Below are positions 40,801 through 48,684 of a DNA stretch of 64,000 nucleotides, piece by piece. Below the pieces are notes generated by a model, which was not told the origin of the DNA, did no database searches, and worked only from the letters and a program-made list of their open reading frames with translations. The first letter of the stretch is position 1; each line of letters begins with the position of its first letter. The position numbers and the translations under genes are program-made. Origin of the DNA: an uncultured Acidobacteriota bacterium. GTDB taxonomy: Bacteria > Acidobacteriota > Vicinamibacteria > Vicinamibacterales > UBA2999. The stretch is taken from NCBI GenBank assembly GCA_963789815.1, contig CAWBMG010000009.1, positions 137,103-201,102 on the forward strand, read 5' to 3'.

Positions 40801-43379
40801 ACCGAGACTCCGAACGGCCGCGTCCAGGGTAGCTCCAGGAGCCGAGGACCGAGCGTCAGGAGTGGAGCACCGATCACAGCCAGGGCCCCCACCGTCCACA
40901 CGACTGGGGAACCTGGAAGCAGCGTCCATCCGCCCAGGAGGAGCGCCAGCAGCGCGGGCGGAACAAGACTCCGACGGAGATTGTCCAGAATCTTCCATCG
41001 GCTGATCATCGACAGCGGGTTTCGCTCGAGACCGCGCCGGGTGGGGACGAATGGAAACAGCCACAACAGCACTTGCCAGTCCCCGCGAACCCACCGACGC
41101 TGCCGTCGGGCGTGCGCGAGCACCGTTGCCGGATAGTCGTCCACGACCTCGACGTCTGTCGCGAGCGCTGCGCGAGCGTGCAGCCCTTCGAAGAGATCGT
41201 GAGAGAGCAACGCGTTCTCGGGTACGCGGCCCTCGAGCGTTGTGTGAAATGCGTCGACGTGGAACAGACCCTTCCCCGCGAAGATGCCTTCTCCGAACAC
41301 GTCCTGATACACGTCAGACACGGCCGTCGTGTACGGGTCTACGCCGGTATGGCCTGCGTAGACCCGCGCGAACACAGACCCCGCCGCGCTCGCCATCGTC
41401 ACGCTCACACGTGGTTGAATAATGCCGTAGCCTTGGGTGACGAGACGGGAGCGTGCGTCGATTCGAGGCTGATTGAGCGGGTGCATTGCGATCCCGATAA
41501 GGGCCTTGGCGGCGTCCCTAGGGAGTCGCGTGTCGCTGTCGAGCGTGATGCAGTAGGTGACATCGGGCAGGATCGAGAGATCGCCCACGCACTCAACAAA
41601 GCTCGTGTCGGAGGCGCCGCGCAGCAGACGTGCAAATTCCTCGATCTTGCCGCGCTTGCGCTCCCAGCCAATCCACCGCCCCTCACTCGCGTTCCACAAT
41701 CGAACGCGATGAAACAGAAGGAATCGATCGTCTCGCCCGTTCGAATGCCGGCGGTTGAGCTCGTTGATGCCATCGTGCGCGGCCCGAAGAATCTCTTCGT
41801 CACCGGGCATGTGCTCCGTGTCCGCGTCCACGAAATCGCTGAGGACGGCGAAGTGAATGCGTTCATCCACGTTCCCCAGCGCCTGCACCTCGAGGTGTGC
41901 GAGCAGCTCCTCCACGGCCGACACATTGGCGAACAGCGTCGGCACGATCACCATCGTGCGTCCGTGGGGCGGAATTGTGCCGTCGGGATCGAGTCGAGGC
42001 AGCCGGCGAGGCGTCAGCAATCGCGCGAGCGCGTGTTGGACGACCGTCGTCGCCACCTCGCTTGCCGGAATCAGCGTCAAACAGAGGACGACGAAGAGAA
42101 GACGGTTCGATGCCTCCGTAGTGTCGGCGTAGAACAGCGCCCCTGCCACAATGAGCGCGGTCAATGCCGCGATGGTGCCGAGATACAGCGGCGTCGCGTG
42201 GCGCCGCAGAAAACGCTGGCAGCGCCTCAAGCGCTTCCACGGAGACGGCAGCGGCGCTTCGAACTCTTGCCGGCCTGGGCCCACGAGGTAGTAACCGATG
42301 TGCTCGGCCCGCGGATCCATGCCGAGCGAAAACGCCTGGCGAGTGCGTTCGACACACAGGAGCGCCACGCGCACTTGCTCTTCGCCCGAGAAGCCCGCCA
42401 TCTCTTCAACTGCGCGTCGATACTGGTCCCGCGTCAGGAAGTCCATCTGGCCGTACACGCCTGGAGGATCGCGCTGGAGCACCTGCTCGACCTGACTGAC
42501 AGTCTCGAAGAAGCGGCTCCAATCGAGTGAGGCGCAGAGCCTGAGACTTGTCACGGCGTTGGCCATCGAGACCTGGTCTGCGGCCTCGCGCTGACCTTCG
42601 ATTCGAATCGCGTCCTCCGAGGTCATGCCCTTCGAGGCCAGCCACGAATCGACCTCCTGGCGCACGACCGCAGCGCGAGAGCCATATTCACGCACCCGCT
42701 GCAGCAGCCGGACGATGAACGCCAGGCTCGGCTGACCCGAGATCGCCTGCGCGCGCCGCCGCGCCGGCACGTCGAGTGCCGTCAGATACGCGTCAGCCAG
42801 GGCAAATGCGTCTCGAACACCTCGTACGCGCGCAGCGAGCCCGGTGATGTGACCAACGAGCGTGAGCTTGAGAGCACTCGACCACGCCCACAGCTCGCCG
42901 ATTGTCAACGGCGATACTGACTGGAACGCGAGCAGAAAGCCTCCAAGCCGCTCGGCATCCAATCGTCCGTCGCTGTGGCGGATAATTTCGGCCGCGAGCA
43001 CCTCGATGCGCGTGGAATCCGGGGGATCGAGAACTCTGGGAAGGCGACGGTAGTAGCCCGGCGGAAGATCCCGTCGGATACTGTGAGCCTCAGCCGAGAT
43101 CAGATGGTAGTTATCGAGGAGCCATTCCGCGGACGGCGACACCGTTTCTCCGCGGTGCACGTCGTCGGCAACCTCTTGATAGACGTCGGAAAGGATGCCG
43201 AGCTGCCGGTCGATACGGTGGAGATGGTCTGACCGCGTGCTCCAAGACGCACGGGCTCGCGTGAGGCTCAGCCGCTGCGCGAGCGCTGCGGCGAACTCGC
43301 GAAGACGCGCGAGGTCAAGAAGCTCGCCAGCCAGGGGCGGTTGAGGCACTCTCTTGGAGGAGACAGACGAACCGGGCAT
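34835..43379 (-). pseudogene. ndvB: cyclic beta-1,2-glucan synthase (NdvB/ChvB/Cgs type, GT84 + GH94), one frame disruption
   Basis: ORF 36315..43409 (2364 aa) plus ORF 34835..36190 (451 aa, GH94-like C-domain). The second frame stays open upstream and reads [55 protein letters not shown], so the two join at AVQV|RTPDD. There is one extra base at CCGG 36326-36329. The likely start is ATG 43377-43379, after GGAGGGGG. Confidence 0.9.
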
Positions 43380-43399
43380 GGGTAGACCCCCTCCGACAG

Positions 43400-43415
43400 G
43401 GCAACCCACGTGCCA
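43400..43415 (-). promoter_or_regulatory. sigma-54-like -24/-12 motif immediately upstream of ndvB-like gene
   Basis: Minus strand reads TGGCAC-GTGGG-TTGCC (GG-N10-GC). It is only about 22 nt from ATG 43379, so the predicted leader would be very short. Hence moderate confidence. Confidence 0.45.
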
Positions 43416-43514
43416 CTGGCAAATCGCTCCACGCTTGAGCTCCGGCTCTAAGCGATGTGTACTGACTGGCGTTTCTTACAACTAGCGTCGAAAGTTACAA
43501 GCCAAATCCCTGCG

Positions 43515-43904
43515 TCAATTTGCAGAATCGGCAGCGCTACGAACGGCGCGCGCAGTCTCTTCCGCACTTCTCGCCACATCGCTCGCAAGCCCCTGACCCT
43601 GGCGTAGTGCGTCGCGGTATCCGGCCTTCCCGTGCTCGACGGCTTGGGTGATCCGCTCACTGAACGCCAACGCCTTGTCACGCCCCCGCTCGATCGCCTC
43701 GGTCACACGAGGGCCGTGCTCGTCCACCAATTCGCGCCCCTTGTCGGCGACCCGACGGCTTCGCTGTGCCAGCAAGGCTCGCGTTTCGCGACCCGTGGAG
43801 GGGGCAAATATCAGCGCCGCGGCAGCCCCGGCGACCGCGCCGCATGCAAACGTAAGAAAGGTACCGACCGCTGACATAGAATCGTTTGAGTTCTCGTGGC
43901 TCAT
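43515..43904 (-). CDS. YtxH-domain protein
   Basis: The start is ATG 43902-43904 (MSHENSN). GAVAGAAAALIFAPSTGRETRALL is the YtxH signature, followed by a helical repeat region. Confidence 0.8.
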   Translation of the reverse strand: MSHENSNDSMSAVGTFLTFACGAVAGAAAALIFAPSTGRETRALLAQRSRRVADKGRELVDEHGPRVTEAIERGRDKALAFSERITQAVEHGKAGYRDALRQGQGLASDVARSAEETARAVRSAADSAN

Positions 43905-43952
43905 AGAGTGCTCCTGAAAAGGCGCGCGCTGAAGCGCACCGCTCCGACACGG

Positions 43953-43968
43953 AGCACGGAGCGTGCCA
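43953..43968 (-). promoter_or_regulatory. sigma-54 -24/-12 promoter upstream of ytxH-like gene
   Basis: Minus strand reads TGGCAC-GCTCC-GTGCT (GG-N10-GC). It lies in the 43905-44009 intergenic gap, 49 nt upstream of the ATG. Confidence 0.65.
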
Positions 43969-44009
43969 AGGCTGCTCATCGGCTAACTCCCAAGAGACCC
44001 AACTTCTTC

Positions 44010-45368
44010 CTAGACTGGCTCCTGCTTCCGGTATTCCTGGAGCCGATTGTAGAGAGTCTTGAGGCTGATACCGAGGATCTCGGCAGCCTTCGTCTTGCTG
44101 CCATCGAAATGCGAAAGCGTGGCAACTATAAGGCGCTGCTCGACATCGGCGAGCGTCATGCCCACATGAACGGGCAGGCTGTGATCGATGGGTGGCGCCG
44201 CCACGTCCGGGCTCCTCACTTCTGGAGGAAAGCAATCAGGGGTGAGATCCGTGGACGCCATGATGTAGGCGCTGTACACGGCGTTCTTGAGCTCCCGCAC
44301 GTTGCCCGGCCACGAATATTCGCGGAGCATCTTCGCCGCCTCAGGCGACAATCGCTTGTCGGCGCCCTCGCTCTCGGCGATCTGTCTGAGGAAGCGCTCG
44401 GCGAGCAGCTCGACGTCTTCGATCCGATCACGCAGGCGAGGCAGGGTCAATTGAAACACTTTGAGACGATAGAACAAGTCCTCGCGAAGCCGGCCTTGCC
44501 TGACCGCCTCGTCCGGATTGCGATTGGTCGCGGCGATGAACCGCACGTCGACCGTGAGCGGCGCCTCGCCGCCGGTGCGTGTGAAAGCACCGGTCTCCAG
44601 GACTCGCAGGAGCTTGACTTGTAGCTCCATCGGCATTTCGGTGACTTCGTCCAAGAACAGCGTGCCCCGCATCGCCTGCTCGAACACACCTCTATGTCGT
44701 CGGTCGGCACCTGTGAAACTGCCCCGCTCGTGACCGAAGAGCTCGCTCTCGATGAGCGTCGGAGACATCGCGCCACAATTGAGCGCAACGAACGGACCGT
44801 GCCTCCGCCGGCTCAAGCCGTGCAGCGTCCGCGCAACGAGCTCCTTGCCCGTGCCGCTATCTCCGGCAACGAGAACGGTCGCATTCGTCGGGGCCACTCG
44901 GGCGATCTGCTCGTAGATCTGCTGCATCCGCGCCGACGTGCCCACGAGCAAACCGAAGGACCCGCGGGTAGACAATCCCGATCGCAGCGCGCCGATCTCC
45001 TGCTTGAGACCGCGAGTCTGCGCGATGTCACCCAGGATCGTGCGTAGGCGCCCGAAGTCCACGGGCTTGGTCAGATAGTCAGACAGACCGCGCCGAAGGG
45101 CCTCGACGGCGGTATCCACGCTTGCCTGCCCGGTAATCAACACGACGGCCGGTGACGAGGCGGGATCCAATTCGTCGAGCAGGGTCATTCCTTCGCCGTC
45201 AGGCAGATGGAGGTCCAGCAGGATGACCTCAGGAGGCTGCGCTTGCAGCTGTTGTCTCGCGTCCTGGAGCGAGCGCGCGCGCGAGGTTGTAAAGCCCTCG
45301 CGCTCCACCAGTTCGGCCAGGGAAGACAACGTCTCGGAATGATCGTCGACGATCAGTGCATGCGGCAT
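44010..45368 (-). CDS. sigma-54-dependent response regulator (NtrC family: REC + AAA+ + Fis HTH)
   Basis: ILLDLHLPDGEG (REC), GDSGTGKE (Walker A), ESELFGHERGSFTGA (the GAFTGA-type sigma-54 contact loop), and the C-terminal AAEILGISLKTLYNRL (HTH). Confidence 0.92.
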   Translation of the reverse strand: MPHALIVDDHSETLSSLAELVEREGFTTSRARSLQDARQQLQAQPPEVILLDLHLPDGEGMTLLDELDPASSPAVVLITGQASVDTAVEALRRGLSDYLTKPVDFGRLRTILGDIAQTRGLKQEIGALRSGLSTRGSFGLLVGTSARMQQIYEQIARVAPTNATVLVAGDSGTGKELVARTLHGLSRRRHGPFVALNCGAMSPTLIESELFGHERGSFTGADRRHRGVFEQAMRGTLFLDEVTEMPMELQVKLLRVLETGAFTRTGGEAPLTVDVRFIAATNRNPDEAVRQGRLREDLFYRLKVFQLTLPRLRDRIEDVELLAERFLRQIAESEGADKRLSPEAAKMLREYSWPGNVRELKNAVYSAYIMASTDLTPDCFPPEVRSPDVAAPPIDHSLPVHVGMTLADVEQRLIVATLSHFDGSKTKAAEILGISLKTLYNRLQEYRKQEPV

Positions 45369-45372
45369 GAGT

Positions 45373-46452
45373 CTACCGGGCCAGCGGGAGCCGGATTGTG
45401 AATCGAGCGCCGGATTCCGTTCGGTCGAGCGTCACGGTGCCACCATGTGCGCGGGCCACGCTCCGGACCACGTGTAAGCCGATTCCATGCCCCTGTGTCT
45501 TTGTCGAGAAATACAGGTCCCATATCTTGTGCCGCAGGTCGCCTGAAACTCCAGGGCCAGTGTCGGACACCATCAGCACCGCCATTGGGCCGTCGGCCTT
45601 CAACTCGATCGTCAGCTCGCCACCTTGGGGCATGGCTTCGAGCGAGTTGTTTGCGAGATTCAGAACGGCCTGCCGCATCTCGCTGGCCACGCCCATGACT
45701 TCGATCGTCGGGTCAGACACGCCGAGACGCATCGTGACGCGCTGACGCTCGGCCTTGGCTCGAAGCAGCATGAGGACGGACTCGAGAACTGGAGCAAGGT
45801 GACATCGTGACGGCTGCGTCTGGTCGAGCCGACTCTCATCGAGCACGCTTCCGACCGACAGCGCCAATATACCGAGCTCCTGCCGAATCGCTTGGAGGCA
45901 GTGCCGTTGAACCTCGCGGTCGTTCTCACGGGCCGCGCCCGGCTCGAGGGTACGACCGAGCAACTCTACGTTGAGCGTGACTGCATTGAGGGAGCCTTTG
46001 AAATCGTGCGCGGTCGTCAAGTGGAGGGAGGCCAACGTCTGATATCGACTCGCGAGCTGCAAGGCGCGCTCGACGGCGGCAACACGCTCGGATGACTGGA
46101 CGAGCAGCAAATGACCGACGCAGTCATCTTCGGTCAGCGGATGCACTTCGCACTGAACGCGTCGACTCTGGCCGTCCAGCTCGAATGCGATGTCAACGAT
46201 CTGCGGGGTATCGGTGTTCTCGCGGAGAGAGGGAGCGAGCTTTTCCTGAATCACAGTCCAGCGTGCCTTCAGGTCGTCGGGGGCGGAGGCACCAAACAGC
46301 TCGCATGCTGTCGAGGTCGCATCGTCGACCTCCCCGTCTGAACCGAGGAGCACGAACCCTACGTGAAGCAAGGCGGAGAAGGTGCTCGCCCAACGCGCGA
46401 CCTGATTGCGCTCGGCACTTACTCCGACGTGACTGATCTGGGGCGGACTCAT
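45373..46452 (-). CDS. sensor histidine kinase (PAS-like + HisKA + HATPase_c)
   Basis: H-box region TTAHDFKGSLNAV, N-box LNLANNSLEAM, G-boxes SDTGPGV and GHGIGLHVV. It ends 4 nt upstream of the NtrC-type regulator. Confidence 0.85.
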   Translation of the reverse strand: MSPPQISHVGVSAERNQVARWASTFSALLHVGFVLLGSDGEVDDATSTACELFGASAPDDLKARWTVIQEKLAPSLRENTDTPQIVDIAFELDGQSRRVQCEVHPLTEDDCVGHLLLVQSSERVAAVERALQLASRYQTLASLHLTTAHDFKGSLNAVTLNVELLGRTLEPGAARENDREVQRHCLQAIRQELGILALSVGSVLDESRLDQTQPSRCHLAPVLESVLMLLRAKAERQRVTMRLGVSDPTIEVMGVASEMRQAVLNLANNSLEAMPQGGELTIELKADGPMAVLMVSDTGPGVSGDLRHKIWDLYFSTKTQGHGIGLHVVRSVARAHGGTVTLDRTESGARFTIRLPLAR

Positions 46453-46596
46453 CTATATCTCGAGAGTTGTAAGGCTCGCTCCAGTTTAGGGGAGCGGAAC
46501 GGTGATCTTATCGAGCGCGAACCACGACAGCAAGCGATTGAAGGATTTGGGGGATCTAGCACGTTTGTTGCAACCCTCATAGGTGGGAGACCCACT

Positions 46597-47028
46597 ATGG
46601 ACGCCGCGACGCATGAGGCCTTGAAAGAACATATTGAGGCCCCCGCGTACGAGGTGCTCATCATTGAAGACGACCACAACACGGCCGAGGGCCTCAGACT
46701 TCTGTTGGAATTCGATGGCTTCTCGGTCGGCGTGGCTGAGGATGCGATCGAAGGTCTGAGGCTGGCGCGACTACGCCACGCCCAGGCCGTCATCTGCGAC
46801 ATCGACCTGTCTGGCGTGCTTAACGGTTTCGACGTAGCTGCTGTTCTTCAGAGCGACCCCGCAACAAGCTCGGCCCTTCTGATTGCGGTTACGGCATGTG
46901 TAGATGCGCAGGACAGGTTGCGAGGAGCACAAGTGGGCTTTAGGGCCTACCTCGACAAGCCGGTGAACTATCGGCAGCTCCTTGCCGTCCTGATCGCCGG
47001 CCTTGAAGACGCCGCCGGCTGGCCCTAA
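46597..47028 (+). CDS. single-domain response regulator (receiver only)
   Basis: ATG 46597 follows AGGTGGGAG. VLIIEDDHNTAEGL...VICDIDLSG...LDKP is the receiver pattern. The upstream part of ORF 46363..47028 overlaps the divergent kinase gene. Confidence 0.85.
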   Translation: MDAATHEALKEHIEAPAYEVLIIEDDHNTAEGLRLLLEFDGFSVGVAEDAIEGLRLARLRHAQAVICDIDLSGVLNGFDVAAVLQSDPATSSALLIAVTACVDAQDRLRGAQVGFRAYLDKPVNYRQLLAVLIAGLEDAAGWP

Positions 47029-47032
47029 CGAA

Positions 47033-47073
47033 GTGAAGCGCGACCGATGCACGATGCACCGCCCGCGCTTCAC
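47033..47073. terminator. hairpin between convergent genes
   Basis: GTGAAGCGCG (47033-47042) and CGCGCTTCAC (47064-47073) form a perfect 10-bp stem with a 21-nt loop. It lies between the stops at 47028 and 47088. Confidence 0.5.
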
Positions 47074-47087
47074 CCCTCACGATGGCG

Positions 47088-47318
47088 TCAGCGTGCTTTC
47101 TGCCAATTCGCTTCGCTACGCGGTGGTGACTCCAGCCATTCGTTCACCTCTTCCTCGGCGCGCTCGCGCGCGTACCCGTAGCGCTGCTGAATCGACCCGA
47201 TAAGCTTCTCGTAATCGCCTTCGGCCTGCATCAGGTCGTCGTCAGTCAGCTTCGCCCACTTCGCCTTTGCGGTACCCTTGAGCTGCTTCCACTGGCCCGC
47301 AAGAATGTCTGTGTTCAT
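47088..47318 (-). CDS. csbD: CsbD-family stress protein
   Basis: ATG 47316-47318. MNTDILAGQWKQLKGTAKAKWAKLTDDDLMQAEGDYEKLIGSIQQRYGY is the CsbD signature. Confidence 0.85.
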   Translation of the reverse strand: MNTDILAGQWKQLKGTAKAKWAKLTDDDLMQAEGDYEKLIGSIQQRYGYARERAEEEVNEWLESPPRSEANWQKAR

Positions 47319-47407
47319 GACCCTGTTTCCTCCGTCACATCGTGACCATTGAACGAGCCGCCACGTTTGAGGTGGACGGCCTTGCTGGGAGAGCTGACGC
47401 CAAACGG

Positions 47408-47423
47408 AGCACTGGTCGTGCCA
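47408..47423 (-). promoter_or_regulatory. sigma-54 -24/-12 promoter upstream of csbD-like gene
   Basis: Minus strand reads TGGCAC-GACCA-GTGCT (GG-N10-GC), 90 nt upstream of ATG 47318. Confidence 0.65.
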
Positions 47424-47556
47424 GCGCATTCACTGCCTGAGTCACGAACACTCGAGGCAATTCATCAGCCGGGTTGCAGTTCCTACAACCGCGGGGCGGC
47501 AAGACTGACGGCATCCCCCGTACAAGCGCCCATCTTCTTATCTGTCGGCGACTACA

Positions 47557-47572
47557 TGGCACGTGCGTTGCT
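47557..47572 (+). promoter_or_regulatory. sigma-54 -24/-12 promoter upstream of 47726..48142
   Basis: Plus strand reads TGGCAC-GTGCG-TTGCT, a perfect consensus, 154 nt upstream of ATG 47726. It is divergent from the csbD promoter. Confidence 0.7.
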
Positions 47573-47725
47573 CCCCTTGCAGATCATCTATTCGACGTTG
47601 CTCGCGATGCGAGATGCGACCACGTGGATCTCATAGTCGAAGTGGACGAGCTTGACCAACGTCGATTTCCAATGAAGGTACATTCGACTTCTCGAGAGCC
47701 TCTCTCGGGGTCGTTGTTCTAACAA

Positions 47726-48142
47726 ATGAACATTCCCCAACTCGAAGCGACAAATCTCTTTCTCGGCATCCTCGTCGGGTTGGCCATCGTGCAGATGGTT
47801 ACGCTCGTCGCCGCTGGCATCTGGGTGAAACGCGTCGTAGCACGCGTCTCACAGGTGGCGGCCTTCGAATCGCAGCGACTAGGCCCGATGGTGGGAGAGG
47901 TGCGCCAGTTAGCGAACCAGGCGCAGCATCTGATGACCGAGGTGCAATCGACCGTTCACCGAGCCAATAGGTTCGTTGACGGCATCGAGCAGCGCACCCG
48001 TCGCGCGATGGCGACCGTCGATGCCGTCAACGATCGAGTGGATTCAGTCGTGAACACCGGGTTGAACGAGGTGCACGCGCTGAAATCTGGATTGCGCCGA
48101 GGGATGAGCGAACTCGTGCGTTCGGCAAGTCGTCGTCCATAA
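47726..48142 (+). CDS. membrane-anchored helical protein (DUF948-like)
   Basis: One N-terminal TM helix (LFLGILVGLAIVQMVTLVAAGIW), then long helical repeats (VRQLANQAQHLMTEVQSTVHRANRFVDGIEQRTRRAM). This is the architecture of DUF948 stress proteins. Confidence 0.6.
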   Translation: MNIPQLEATNLFLGILVGLAIVQMVTLVAAGIWVKRVVARVSQVAAFESQRLGPMVGEVRQLANQAQHLMTEVQSTVHRANRFVDGIEQRTRRAMATVDAVNDRVDSVVNTGLNEVHALKSGLRRGMSELVRSASRRP

Positions 48143-48346
<204 letters not shown>

Positions 48347-48499
48347 CTACGTGACCGGGCTACGGCCTTGGATCACACGGATGAGCACGACTGCCACGGC
48401 GAGGAGCAGCAGAAGGTGAATGAACCCTCCGAGGGTATAGGAACTCACCACGCCCAGCACCCACAACACCAACAAGACCATAAAGATGGTCCACAGCAT
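48347..48499 (-). CDS. lmo0937-family small membrane protein (50 aa, below ORF-track cutoff)
   Basis: Reverse translation gives MLWTIFMVLLVLWVLGVVSSYTLGGFIHLLLLLAVAVVLIRVIQGRSPVT. AAAGGAGAC lies 6 nt upstream of the ATG at 48497-48499. Confidence 0.7.
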   Translation of the reverse strand: MLWTIFMVLLVLWVLGVVSSYTLGGFIHLLLLLAVAVVLIRVIQGRSPVT

Positions 48500-48537
48500 A
48501 AAGTCTCCTTTTGTTAGCAACGCACACAGGTCTCTAG

Positions 48538-48553
48538 AGCATTGCGCGTGCCA
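48538..48553 (-). promoter_or_regulatory. sigma-54 -24/-12 promoter upstream of the lmo0937-like gene
   Basis: Minus strand reads TGGCAC-GCGCA-ATGCT (GG-N10-GC), 39 nt upstream of the ATG at 48499. Confidence 0.65.
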
Positions 48554-48684
48554 AGGACGGCACTGCCGGAACGGTTGAGACTACGGCCGAGAATGATGGG
48601 AAACGCTGGGTCGAACTCCGACCGTTACACGCCGGCACGTAAGGTTTTCCGATCTGGGAAGAACGGTGATTGGCGGCGGCGTGT

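Noticed and set aside
41073-42530. Long antisense ORFs inside real genes, including:
- 41073..42530(+), 485 aa.
- 7530..8681(+), 383 aa.
- 10773..11777(+), 334 aa.
- 13932..14765(+).
- 52801..53625(+).
- 56068..57093(-), 341 aa.
- 38577..39212 and 39317..39982.
   Set aside because: They lie opposite or out of frame to genes with strong family motifs. They are Arg/Ala/Gly/Pro-rich in the way typical of off-frame translation of high-GC DNA, and they carry no recognisable motifs. Open 'shadow' frames of this kind are expected at this GC content.
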